Shown here piece after piece: positions 55,268 to 64,000 of a stretch of 64,000 nucleotides of DNA (position 1 is the stretch's first letter; every line of letters begins with the position of its first letter). The notes under the pieces were generated by a model that had not been told where the DNA came from, searched no databases, and was given only the letters and a program-made list of their open reading frames with translations. Made by a program: the position numbers and the translations under genes. The stretch spans positions 13,242 to 77,241 of the forward strand of contig JAZRNH010000059.1 in the NCBI GenBank assembly GCA_045648025.1. Direction: 5' to 3'. Source of the DNA: Clostridia bacterium. Lineage in GTDB: Bacteria > Bacillota > Clostridia > Christensenellales > UBA1242.

Positions 55268-55792
55268 ATGTATTACGGAAACATCAAAAATACAGACATC
55301 GCAAATGGTGAAGGCATTAGAGTTACACTTTTTGTGTCTGGCTGCACTCATCATTGCAAAAATTGTTTTAACCCAGAAACTTGGAACTTCTGTTATGGCA
55401 AACCATTTACCAAAGATGTTGAAGATGAAATTATAAAAATGCTTGAACCTGACTATATTCAAGGCTTAACACTTCTTGGTGGTGAGCCAATGGAACCTCA
55501 AAATCAAGCTTCCCTCTTGCCTCTTGTTAAAAGAGTTAGAGAAACTTATGGAAACAAAAAGAACATTTGGTGCTACACAGGTTATGTTTTAGACCGTGAC
55601 CTTCTTGGAGAAAGCAGAGCAAAATGTGAACACACCAAAGAACTTCTTCAAAATATTGATGTTTTGGTTGATGGTCCATTTGTTGAAGATCTCAAAAATA
55701 TCTCACTCAAATTTAGAGGTTCTTCAAATCAAAGAATCATCAATGTTCCAGAAACACTTAAATCAAATGACATTGTTCTTGCAATGGCATAA
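55268..55792 (+). CDS. nrdG: anaerobic ribonucleotide reductase activating protein (radical SAM)
   Basis: CTHHCKNCFN (CxxxCxxC). About 170 aa, immediately downstream of nrdD. Confidence 0.9.
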   Translation: MYYGNIKNTDIANGEGIRVTLFVSGCTHHCKNCFNPETWNFCYGKPFTKDVEDEIIKMLEPDYIQGLTLLGGEPMEPQNQASLLPLVKRVRETYGNKKNIWCYTGYVLDRDLLGESRAKCEHTKELLQNIDVLVDGPFVEDLKNISLKFRGSSNQRIINVPETLKSNDIVLAMA

Positions 55793-55807
55793 AATAAAAC
55801 AAATATA

Positions 55808-55840
55808 AACACTTGCTAAATCACGGCAAGTGTTTTTTTT
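55808..55840 (+). terminator. rho-independent terminator after nrdG
   Basis: Stem AACACTTGC/GCAAGTGTT followed by T8. Confidence 0.8.
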
Positions 55841-55965
55841 ATAAAAATCATTTAAGACGACTAGAAATAATCCATATATCAAATTAAACCATAAAAATTG
55901 CAGCCACCTGTCTGCTATGTTATAATACCCTTGTCGTCAAAATGACAGTAAGGAGAAAAATTTTT

Positions 55966-56256
55966 ATGTTTAAATTTGTAGATATTATCGGAACAGATGA
56001 AGAATCAAAAACTGTTCTTGCTTCATATAGAGATGGTTCAATTGTATTAGATGCAATTCCTGCAACCGTTAATTATATGAAAAACAAAGTTGGATACACA
56101 ATGCTTTTTAAAGATAATGCAGGTGTGGTTATCGAAGTTACACCAGAATCAACAATTGATTCAGTTGAAGCAGATTGGTTAGCAGCAAAAGATCGTGAAA
56201 AACAAGTTTTTCTTGCAGCAGCTGCTCAAAAAACACAAGCTCAACCAACATTATAA
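55966..56256 (+). CDS. small hypothetical protein (96 aa)
   Basis: Promoter TTGCAG (55898-55903), 17 bp, TATAAT (55921-55926). RBS AAGGAG. ATG at 55966. Confidence 0.6.
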   Translation: MFKFVDIIGTDEESKTVLASYRDGSIVLDAIPATVNYMKNKVGYTMLFKDNAGVVIEVTPESTIDSVEADWLAAKDREKQVFLAAAAQKTQAQPTL

Positions 56257-56390
56257 AAACATTAAAGCACTTAATTTATTTAAGTGCTTTTTATTTTGCA
56301 AAATTAAAATCAATATCATTTTGTTTGACGAAAGTTTTAAAATAAATGTATATTGTATTTAGTAAAATAGAAAACTAAGGAGAATAAATT

Positions 56391-58136
56391 ATGAAGAAAA
56401 AAATATTATGCCTTTTACTTATGATTTGCTTAATCTTCCCATTCGCAGCAACATCGCTTACTGCTTGTGGTGACAAAAACAATGACACAACAACTGAAAC
56501 ACCTGTCACACCAGCACCAACCACCCCAACAACACCTACTCATACCTGCACTGCTGCAACTGAATGGACAACTGATGACACTCATCACTGGCACAAATGC
56601 ACAAGCGAAACTTGTACACTTGTGTTAGATAAAGCAGAACACGAATTTGAGTTTACATCAGAAACTGATGCAACAATTGATGCAGATGGTTTGAAGATTG
56701 AAACTTGCAAAACTTGTCCAAAAACAAAGGAAACTATAATTCCAAAACTTGTTCAATCAAAAGACGAAATGATTGCTGTTCTTGGATCAGCAGTAAGAGA
56801 ACAAAACTATTCTGGAAACATTCAAGAAACAGCTTATTATGAAAAATCTTCAGATGATTCAATGATATCTGCTGCTGAAACACCAGAAAAAACAACAACT
56901 TATCTTATAAAAAAAGCTGATGGAACAATGGTTCACTACACAGTTGACCACAACAATCCAGAAGATTTTGAAGGTGAATTTATCACAGATGCAACATACA
57001 TCACAAATGTAGATACAGACACAATTGCTTATTATCTTTCAGCAAATGAGTTAACCTATGTTTTAGAAGGTAGCACAGCCACAACAATTGGCAACAATTA
57101 CACAAAAAATTACACAATTGATAACATCAACACAAATTTAGACTATCTTTTAAGTATGCATGACGAAGAGTCAATGATTTACACTCTTAGAGAAACTCTT
57201 TCATTCTATGTTGATATGTATCAATCAATCCTTGCATTAAATGGTGCAGTATTTACATACGACAAAAACGATATTGAAGTTGAATCAACCATTACTTATG
57301 AAGATGGAATTTACACAGCTGTTGGAACAATTGTTTTGGCAGAAGAAGCCGTTGTTTATCAAGGTGCACCAACTGTTAAAATCAAAGATTTCAAAGTTGA
57401 ATTTGCTGTTGAATATAAAACTGATTTGGTTGTTAGAAATGATTCAAAATTCATTTACACAGTTGAAAATGCTGGAACTTCAACTCAATTTTATATCATC
57501 AACAACTATGCCTACACAAAAACAATTGATGAACAACTCATCACAAAAATTGCAACTGTTTCTGATGCAGAAGACTATGGCAGCACATTCCCTCATCAAG
57601 AAACCCTTACAGTTTATGTAAACAATGTTCTTTATACAAAAGCAAACATTGACTTTGGCACAGCAATCAACACAACACTCAATGATATTATTGATGAACT
57701 TGTTGATTCAATTGGTGATTATTCAGCAATTTCAACAAGAATTGAAAATGAAGATGCTTATGTTCCAACAGAAGATGTTATCATTGAAGATTACTATGGC
57801 ACATCTGCATATATCACAGTAGCCCCAAATAGCGGTTACACACTTGTTATCACAAGCTATATCCTTGTTGAACAAAACTATGGTATTGAACTTATCAGAA
57901 CTAATAAAGTAGAAATTGTTGAAACAAATTCAGGAACATATACAATTGACAAAATGGGTCCAAATCCAGATTATGATCCAACATTTAATCCAACAGCTCC
58001 TGAAACTGTTGCTTATGACGATTATATGGTTGTAAACAATGCTGAAATTTCAGACAGTGAACTCACATTTGAAGTAACTGAAAATGCTTATTATATTGAA
58101 TTAACATATTATATTGACCTTAGTGGTTTGTTATAA
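56391..58136 (+). CDS. lipoprotein (Thr/Pro-rich linker, Cys-containing module, large beta-rich domain)
   Basis: Signal peptide with lipobox LTAC-GDKN. Confidence 0.7.
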   Translation: MKKKILCLLLMICLIFPFAATSLTACGDKNNDTTTETPVTPAPTTPTTPTHTCTAATEWTTDDTHHWHKCTSETCTLVLDKAEHEFEFTSETDATIDADGLKIETCKTCPKTKETIIPKLVQSKDEMIAVLGSAVREQNYSGNIQETAYYEKSSDDSMISAAETPEKTTTYLIKKADGTMVHYTVDHNNPEDFEGEFITDATYITNVDTDTIAYYLSANELTYVLEGSTATTIGNNYTKNYTIDNINTNLDYLLSMHDEESMIYTLRETLSFYVDMYQSILALNGAVFTYDKNDIEVESTITYEDGIYTAVGTIVLAEEAVVYQGAPTVKIKDFKVEFAVEYKTDLVVRNDSKFIYTVENAGTSTQFYIINNYAYTKTIDEQLITKIATVSDAEDYGSTFPHQETLTVYVNNVLYTKANIDFGTAINTTLNDIIDELVDSIGDYSAISTRIENEDAYVPTEDVIIEDYYGTSAYITVAPNSGYTLVITSYILVEQNYGIELIRTNKVEIVETNSGTYTIDKMGPNPDYDPTFNPTAPETVAYDDYMVVNNAEISDSELTFEVTENAYYIELTYYIDLSGLL

Positions 58137-58167
58137 TAAATTCAATACAACAAAAAGTTTACATAAC

Positions 58168-58205
58168 AAAAAAACACTTGGAAATATCCAAGTGTTTTTT
58201 ATTTG
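58168..58205. terminator. bidirectional rho-independent terminator
   Basis: Stem AACACTTGGA/TCCAAGTGTT with loop AATA, flanked by A/T runs. Confidence 0.8.
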
Positions 58206-58217
58206 TTAAATAATTAA

Positions 58218-58760
58218 CTATGTATCATATTCAGGTGTTTGTGAATGAATAACTTCACTCTGTTCTTTGTCAAAAGCCTTTTTAGCTCTTGTCATAGCTT
58301 TGTCATAATCTTCTTCAGAAACAATAAAACTAGCTGACATTTTTTCAGGTTTTCCATCAAAAACAGAATCTATGTTTGTTAAAACCAAATGTGTTTTAAG
58401 AGCATCTGGAGCTTTTTTTCTAAAAATTGATTTTGATGAAACAAGATAATCAAAAACAATAAAGTTTTCAATAACTGAACCAATATCAACAGCCTCAAAA
58501 GGCACAGCATTTCTTCCACCAAAAATTCTTGATTCTCTGATAACTGGGTTTGACAAAACAACTTCAGTTTCATCTGTATCTTTATCATAAGAAACAGTTA
58601 CCCTAGCATCTTTGCTAAGCACAAAACGACTGTATCTCAATCTTTTTGCATCAAAACCCACAAATTTTGGTTTAATAAGTGGAACCAATTCATCTAAATC
58701 TTTAACTCTAAAATCGTCAAAATTAAATTTATCTTTTGTAAATAATTCTTTATCTGCCAT
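58218..58760 (-). CDS. hypothetical protein
   Basis: 180 aa with RBS GGGAGAAAGGG. No motif recognised. Confidence 0.6.
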   Translation of the reverse strand: MADKELFTKDKFNFDDFRVKDLDELVPLIKPKFVGFDAKRLRYSRFVLSKDARVTVSYDKDTDETEVVLSNPVIRESRIFGGRNAVPFEAVDIGSVIENFIVFDYLVSSKSIFRKKAPDALKTHLVLTNIDSVFDGKPEKMSASFIVSEEDYDKAMTRAKKAFDKEQSEVIHSQTPEYDT

Positions 58761-58859
58761 AACCCTTTCTCCCTTTGTGACAACACATCTTCTTATTATG
58801 ATTAAATTATATCACAAAGACAATCAAAAATCAATATTAAATTATAAAAAAATAACTAT

Positions 58860-59057
58860 CTATTTATATTTATAATAAAGTCGGCAATGACAATATCCTT
58901 CAAATTCAGGGTCAGCAATTTGGTCTTTAAACTCTTTGCACATACATTTGTTTTCTGGAATCTTTTCAAGTCTGCATGGACAGTAACCATCTTTCTTTTT
59001 AAGCCCTTCTTGAATCATTTCAACAACTTTTTTATCTTTATTAAATTCAACCTTCAT
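58860..59057 (-). CDS. ferredoxin-thioredoxin reductase catalytic-subunit-like mini-protein
   Basis: The GYCPCR...CMC...GYCHCRLY cysteine pattern (CPC / CxC / CHC), as in the FTR catalytic chain. RBS AGGAGAA. Confidence 0.6.
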   Translation of the reverse strand: MKVEFNKDKKVVEMIQEGLKKKDGYCPCRLEKIPENKCMCKEFKDQIADPEFEGYCHCRLYYKYK

Positions 59058-59214
59058 ACAACTTTCTCCTATTATTATTTTACACTAAATTCTCATTTTT
59101 AAAAAACATTTTAATTTGTTTGATAAATTTGTAAAAAATCATCAATTGTTTAGTTGTTTAAATATGTTTTTTTTGATATATTGTTTACTGATAAGATATT
59201 TTATAGGAGAACTT

Positions 59215-60102
59215 ATGAAAAAGAAGCCAATTATTATAATGACTGACTCAAATTCGGGAATCCGACAAAGCGAAGCAAAAGACCTTGGAATCTTTGTTGT
59301 TCCAATGCCATTTACTATTAATGATGAAGAATATTTTGAAGACATTTCAATTTCTCAAGAAGAATTTTATGAATTTTTGAGACAAGATGCAACAGTTTCA
59401 ACATCTCAACCATCTCAAATTTATCTTGAAGAAACTTGGACAAATCTTTTAAAAGAATATGAAGAAGTTGTGTTTATTCCAATGTCAAGCGGTCTTAGTG
59501 CAACTTGTGAAAATGCAAAAAACTATGCAAAATCTTTTGATGGAAAAGTTTTTGTTGTTGACAACAAAAGAATTTCTTGCAATATGAAAGAATCTGTTTT
59601 TGAAGCTATTGCCCTTGCAAAACAAGGCAAAACTGGCAGTCAAATCAAAGCATATTTAGAAAGAACAAGCAACTTGTTTGCAGTTTATATTATGGTTGGA
59701 ACTCTTAAATATTTAAAGAGAGGCGGAAGAATTTCTGCCGCAGCTGCAGCAATTGGTTCAGCACTCAATTTAAAACCAATATTAACAACAAATGGTGATA
59801 AATTTGAAAAAGTTGCAATGGTTCTTTCTGTTGCACAAGCAAAAAAGAAAATGATTCAAAAAGTTAAAACAGATATTGAAACTGCATTTAAAAGCGAATA
59901 TGAAAAAGGCACAATGACAATCTCTGTTGCTCACACTGAAAACCTTGCAGAAGCTGAAAAATTTAAAGCAGAAATTATGAAAGAACTTCCAAACTTAAAG
60001 TTTAGATGGGTTGACCCACTTTCACTTAGTGTGTCTTGCCACATTGGTCCAGGTGCACTTGCTGCAACTCTTGGAAATAATGCTTTTATGGATCAAGAAT
60101 AA
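59215..60102 (+). CDS. DegV-family fatty-acid-binding protein
   Basis: IIIMTDSNSGI at the N-terminus; GTLKYLKRGGRIS. The start is taken at the ATG at 59215 after AGGAGAA. Confidence 0.8.
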   Translation: MKKKPIIIMTDSNSGIRQSEAKDLGIFVVPMPFTINDEEYFEDISISQEEFYEFLRQDATVSTSQPSQIYLEETWTNLLKEYEEVVFIPMSSGLSATCENAKNYAKSFDGKVFVVDNKRISCNMKESVFEAIALAKQGKTGSQIKAYLERTSNLFAVYIMVGTLKYLKRGGRISAAAAAIGSALNLKPILTTNGDKFEKVAMVLSVAQAKKKMIQKVKTDIETAFKSEYEKGTMTISVAHTENLAEAEKFKAEIMKELPNLKFRWVDPLSLSVSCHIGPGALAATLGNNAFMDQE

Positions 60103-60127
60103 ATAGTAAAAAAATAAATAAAAATCA

Positions 60128-60177
60128 TAAAAAACACTCAAAAATATAGTTTTTTCTATAAATTTGAGTGTTTTTCT
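60128..60177. terminator. long bidirectional terminator hairpin
   Basis: Outer stem AACACTCAAA/TTTGAGTGTT with an inner TATAG/CTATA pairing and A/T flanks. Confidence 0.65.
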
Positions 60178-60194
60178 ATTGGTTTTGCGATTTT

Positions 60195-61016
60195 TTATAA
60201 AAAGTAACCATTAATTGCAATAACAGTTTCACCATTTGCAGGAACCGTTACAATAGGTCCTGAAATTGATGGAATTGTAAATAAATTATTGTTTGAAACC
60301 ACATAATCGGTTGCAACTAATGTTTGATAATCAGAAGTTCCAATTTTCAGTTCAACAGACGAAATCACAAAGTTTGGTGGAAGTTGGTCGGTTGTTGTTG
60401 AATCTGCAACCGCATTGTCGCTTCCATTTGTCAGGGTTATATAATAGGTGAAATTTTCCCTGGGTAACACCTCTGTTTCACTTGCAGTTTTTCTAATAGA
60501 AAGACCACTAACCCCTCTTCTATTGATTCTTGAAGATGCTGAACCATTGACAGTTCCTGTGCTGGTGTAACCAATTGCTCTAACTGAGTTTGTAATGGTT
60601 GAAAATGAAACTGGCAAATCAAACACAACTTGTGCTTTATAAGTAAGTGTCATTGACTGACCATTGTTTAATTGTTGAAGTGCAAAAGTAAGTGGACTGG
60701 TTTGTGATGGACTCACTGGATAGGTTGTTGTTGAAGACAAACTTGCAGAACCTGAAACATAAGCCAAGTTTCCACCACCAAGGTCATCAATAATTCTGAC
60801 ACCTGTTAAAAAAGTTCCAGTATTGTTGGTAATTCTAACAGTATATGTGATGATGTCACCAGCTGAAAAAGTTGTTGGTGAAGAAGTTTTTGAAACAACC
60901 AAACCTGAAACATCTTCAAGTGTAATTTGATTTACATTTGATGTAACAGTTTCTGTTGTTGATGAACCCACAAATTGATAAGTTGTTGTCGCTGAATTGT
61001 TAATTTCGCTAGGCAT
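60195..61016 (-). CDS. DUF11 (conserved repeat domain) protein, two repeats, no signal peptide
   Basis: LVVSKTSSPTTFSAGDIITYTVRITNNTGT and LSIRKTASETEVLPRENFTYYITLTNGSDN match the DUF11 repeat pattern. Confidence 0.55.
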   Translation of the reverse strand: MPSEINNSATTTYQFVGSSTTETVTSNVNQITLEDVSGLVVSKTSSPTTFSAGDIITYTVRITNNTGTFLTGVRIIDDLGGGNLAYVSGSASLSSTTTYPVSPSQTSPLTFALQQLNNGQSMTLTYKAQVVFDLPVSFSTITNSVRAIGYTSTGTVNGSASSRINRRGVSGLSIRKTASETEVLPRENFTYYITLTNGSDNAVADSTTTDQLPPNFVISSVELKIGTSDYQTLVATDYVVSNNNLFTIPSISGPIVTVPANGETVIAINGYFL

Positions 61017-61169
61017 ATTTCCTCCTTTTGTTTTATTTGATAAAAAACTTTTCTTTTGCCTTTATCATATTTTAAAGGGCAGACTGTCCTGCCCTAACAT
61101 ATTTTATGCCACACACAAAATTAATGTCACAAAAAAACACCCCACAAACATTTGCAGGGTGTTTTTATT

Positions 61170-61709
61170 TTATTTGCTTATATTTTGTTTCATCAATTTT
61201 TGAATTCCATCATAAGTAACATTTTTTCTTGAAAGTCCATATGGTTTAACAAATTCAATAATATCCTCTGTTGATGATTTTTCATCTTTGAGTTCAACTT
61301 CCAAAAATTCACCAAGACCTTTGACAGAATCAAAATCAAATTCAAAACCAAAAGCTGAATATGAATCTCTTGTTTTGTCTATTTTCATTTGAATTTCAAA
61401 TCCAATCGCAAACAAAATCTTTTCAGTTTGTTCTGCTGACAAAACTTCTGTTTCAAACTCATCACAATAAACAGGGTCAGATTCTCTATGTATTTTTTTA
61501 TAAGTCAAGATTGCTTTGCCATTTTCTTCTCTAATTCTAACACACTCCATTGTTTCGCCATTGATTTCAAATTCGCGAAAATATGGAACATAATAAGTGT
61601 CTATCATTCTACTTGTTTTTGCAGTTGAAACTTTATTTAAATCAAAAATGATTTCTTTTTTTGTCTGTTCATCAATAATAAATTTAAGTTCAATTTCTTT
61701 GTTATTCAT
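61170..61709 (-). CDS. CYTH-domain protein (triphosphate tunnel metalloenzyme)
   Basis: N-terminal EIELKF (ExExK). About 180 aa. Confidence 0.7.
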   Translation of the reverse strand: MNNKEIELKFIIDEQTKKEIIFDLNKVSTAKTSRMIDTYYVPYFREFEINGETMECVRIREENGKAILTYKKIHRESDPVYCDEFETEVLSAEQTEKILFAIGFEIQMKIDKTRDSYSAFGFEFDFDSVKGLGEFLEVELKDEKSSTEDIIEFVKPYGLSRKNVTYDGIQKLMKQNISK

Positions 61710-61721
61710 AAAATTCTCACA

Positions 61722-62471
61722 TTATGTTCTTGCACAACCATCAACTGACAAAATTTCACCAGTAACATAACTTGCAGCATCACTAGCAAGATATAAAAAT
61801 GCATTTGCAACATCTTCAGGTGTTCCAATTCTGCCAAGTGGAATAGTTTTTTGAATGCCTTCTCTAACAGCATCTGGAAGGTTTGCAACCATATCTGTAT
61901 CAGTAACACCAGGAGCCACTGCATTAACTCTAATTTTGTCAGCAGCAAGTTCTCTTGCAAGTGACTTTGTCATACCATTAACAGCAAACTTAGAAGTTGG
62001 ATAAGCCACACCTGCTGGTTGACCATAAAGTGAAACCATTGAAGAAGTGTTTAAAATAACACCGCCACCATTTGCTTTCATAACAGGAGCAACCGCTCTT
62101 ATTGCATAAAACACAGCATTAACATTAAGCATCATAACTTTATCAAATGCTTCTGGTTGATAATTATAAATGCTGTCCATTGCAGAAACACCAGCATTGT
62201 TAACCAAAATATCAATCTTTCCATATTTTTTTGCAACTGCTTGAATAGCTGTTTCAACAGCAGCAGCATCTGTTAAATTTGGAGCGATTCCTTCAACAGC
62301 ATAATTTTTATTAATTTTTTTAAGTTCTGCAACAGCCTTGTCTGCGGTTTCTTGTTTTGAACCACAAAGCACAACCTTTGCACCATTATCAAGATAGGTC
62401 TTTACAATAGAAAAACCAATACCTCTTGTTCCGCCAGTAACAACGGCAACTTTACCTTTTAATAATTCCAT
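61722..62471 (-). CDS. SDR-family oxidoreductase
   Basis: VTGGTRGIG and YPTSKFA (YxxxK). Confidence 0.85.
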   Translation of the reverse strand: MELLKGKVAVVTGGTRGIGFSIVKTYLDNGAKVVLCGSKQETADKAVAELKKINKNYAVEGIAPNLTDAAAVETAIQAVAKKYGKIDILVNNAGVSAMDSIYNYQPEAFDKVMMLNVNAVFYAIRAVAPVMKANGGGVILNTSSMVSLYGQPAGVAYPTSKFAVNGMTKSLARELAADKIRVNAVAPGVTDTDMVANLPDAVREGIQKTIPLGRIGTPEDVANAFLYLASDAASYVTGEILSVDGCART

Positions 62472-62497
62472 AAAACATCTCCTTTTTTTTACTAATT

Positions 62498-63637
62498 CTA
62501 TTCTAAAACATTTTTATCTTGTTTAGCAACTAAAATTTTAACAGCAGTTCCTGCCATAATGGCGGCAGAAACCATACCCACCACAAATTGTCCCACCAAA
62601 CTTGGAATAACAAAATATGGCATAAACATAATTTCTTTTGCAAACATTATATAAACATCTCTATAACTCATTCCGTCAAACCTGTTGTTTTCTCTGGTAA
62701 GTTTTTTAACAAAACAAGAAAACATTGGAACAAACATAAGTGGAAAGCTCACTGCAATAACACAAGAACAAACATAAAGAATAGCAGCATTTTTAATGGT
62801 AAGCATCAAAACACTTCCAACCACAAGAAACACTGCACTAAAACAAATGCTTATAGCAGACTTGTTTTTCTTAATCAAAAACTTAGCAAACAAATTTGCT
62901 GCAATTTTGCAAACTTCAATAGCGGCCATAACAATTGCAACTGCTTCAAATGTTAAATTTTCAACAAACAAATAAAGTGGAACAACCACATCAAGCACAG
63001 ACTGACAAATTGAAAATGCTCCATGATAAACATTGAAAATCTTATAAGACTTTTTATCAACAACTGGTGGGTGCAATGCAATTTCATTGTAATTTGATTT
63101 CAAAAGATTATAGCCATACACAATAGGCACAGCTGAAAGCAAATAAAGAACCGTTCCTGCAATTGAAAGCACCAATATTGAATCTTTAAATGATGAGCCA
63201 ATTATAAAACCACTTGCAATAGTGAATATCAATTTTCCAACATTGGTTGCAATTTGAAACTTGGCAACATTTACTTCTTTGTCAGTAAATGCAAACAAAA
63301 TATTAAGCGGAACTGAATAAAGCACCTGCCCCATCGCTGCAAACACCGCAATAATCAAACAGAGCCACCAAGAAATTTTTGCCGTTAATAAAAATTGCAA
63401 AATAATAAGCGGCACAGCATGAAGAATCATCGCTATCACACCATATTTCTGCAAAAACTTCTTTAATGCAATATTAAAAATTCCACATAAAAAATAATAG
63501 CTTACAAGATAAATCATTGAAAGCCATAAACTTCCACCATTTTTCAAAATAATGAGCGGAATAAAAACTTTAACCATACTATCTGCAATGGCTTTTATTA
63601 GTTTATGGCAAAATATCAAATTAGTTCTATTTTTCAT
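62498..63637 (-). CDS. polytopic membrane protein (MFS-like efflux candidate), divergent from marR
   Basis: Hydrophobic segments run throughout. It is divergently arranged with a MarR gene and shares an operator region with it. Confidence 0.55.
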   Translation of the reverse strand: MKNRTNLIFCHKLIKAIADSMVKVFIPLIILKNGGSLWLSMIYLVSYYFLCGIFNIALKKFLQKYGVIAMILHAVPLIILQFLLTAKISWWLCLIIAVFAAMGQVLYSVPLNILFAFTDKEVNVAKFQIATNVGKLIFTIASGFIIGSSFKDSILVLSIAGTVLYLLSAVPIVYGYNLLKSNYNEIALHPPVVDKKSYKIFNVYHGAFSICQSVLDVVVPLYLFVENLTFEAVAIVMAAIEVCKIAANLFAKFLIKKNKSAISICFSAVFLVVGSVLMLTIKNAAILYVCSCVIAVSFPLMFVPMFSCFVKKLTRENNRFDGMSYRDVYIMFAKEIMFMPYFVIPSLVGQFVVGMVSAAIMAGTAVKILVAKQDKNVLE

Positions 63638-63692
63638 AACACCACCAGTTTATCAAAAAAAATTTATAAATCAAAACAAAAAACATAAAAAA

Positions 63693-63749
63693 CTTGTTGA
63701 CAAATCAACAAGAAATCTATAATATATTACTTGTTGACAAATCAACAAG
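63693..63749. promoter_or_regulatory. twin 20-bp operators (CTTGTTGACAAATCAACAAG x2) in the marR/transporter divergent region
   Basis: Identical copies at 63693-63712 and 63730-63749, each with 8-bp inverted arms CTTGTTGA/TCAACAAG. Copy 1 contains TTGACA (63697-63702), and TATAAT (63718-63723) lies between the copies. Confidence 0.7.
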
Positions 63750-63768
63750 GTTTAATTAGGAGTTATTT

Positions 63769-64000
63769 ATGCAAGACAGATTTAATACATTCACTATGCA
63801 AATTGCCAAAATAAGCAGAAATATTCGAAAAATTAAAACTGAAGAAATGTCTGAGTTTAATTTAAAAAGCACCCATGTTTCTTGCCTTTATTATCTATAC
63901 AAAAACAACGGAACATTAACTGCAAAAGAAATTTCTGACCTTTGCGATGAAGATAAAGCCGCAGTTTCAAGATCTCTTGATTATCTTGAAGCAAATGGCT
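63769..64000 (+). CDS. MarR-family transcriptional regulator (5' partial, runs off the window)
   Basis: RBS AGGAG. The N-terminus ..FNLKSTHVSCLYYLYKNNGTLTAKEISDLCDEDKAAVSRSLDYLE is a typical MarR wHTH. Confidence 0.8.
   Translation, partial: MQDRFNTFTMQIAKISRNIRKIKTEEMSEFNLKSTHVSCLYYLYKNNGTLTAKEISDLCDEDKAAVSRSLDYLEANG

Noticed and set aside
1-64000. Looked for CRISPR arrays, rRNA genes, IS elements or transposases, integrases and riboswitch-like leaders
   Set aside because: None were found by eye. Intergenic regions are short and are explained by promoters and terminators, apart from the items listed under findings.

Overview
This is a 64-kb, very AT-rich, genetic-code-11 bacterial segment. 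The style is Bacillota-like and the metabolism looks anaerobic (NrdDG, NfnAB, DegV, CotH and DUF11 proteins, many lipoproteins). All calls come from reading the ORF track and the DNA by eye; no searches were run, and family names are motif recognition from memory.

The window splits into two parts.

(1) Accessory tract, about 0.1-24.1 kb. It lies between tRNA-Ser(UGA) (97-184) and tRNA-Arg(CCU) (24056-24130) and is almost entirely on the minus strand. It is visibly more AT-rich from about 0.2 to 16.6 kb. No integrase, transposase, CRISPR array or rRNA is present. Its modules are:
- (a) a 2.8-kb cassette bracketed by a perfect 20-bp direct repeat, encoding a 2-TM protein and a five-fold zinc-ribbon protein with an embedded PD-(D/E)XK-like fold;
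- (b) a tightly coupled six-gene operon: unknown, C5-cytosine MTase, GHKL ATPase, Z1 NTPase, DUF4420-like nuclease, unknown;
- (c) a four-gene operon (class II Fic, gamma-class N6A MTase, small PD-(D/E)XK protein, DUF3800-like protein) behind a promoter with duplicated inverted-repeat operators;
- (d) an operon of one or two unannotated micro-ORFs, an ABC-type (AAA_21-like) ATPase and a protein ending in an FtsK-gamma winged helix;
- (e) a 52-aa plus 575-aa orphan pair with its own promoter and terminator.

I consider modules (c), (d) and (b) the best candidates for uncharacterised defence or conflict systems.

(2) Mostly housekeeping and envelope genes, 24-64 kb. These include NfnAB, TtcA, NrdDG with a candidate NrdR box, an ABC-2 exporter, a MacB-like ABC fusion, MscS, Nudix, GrpB, GNAT, SDRs, DegV and CYTH. 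There is also a tandem pair of paralogous transporters and a partial MarR gene with twin palindromic operators. Many genes end in bidirectional rho-independent terminators.
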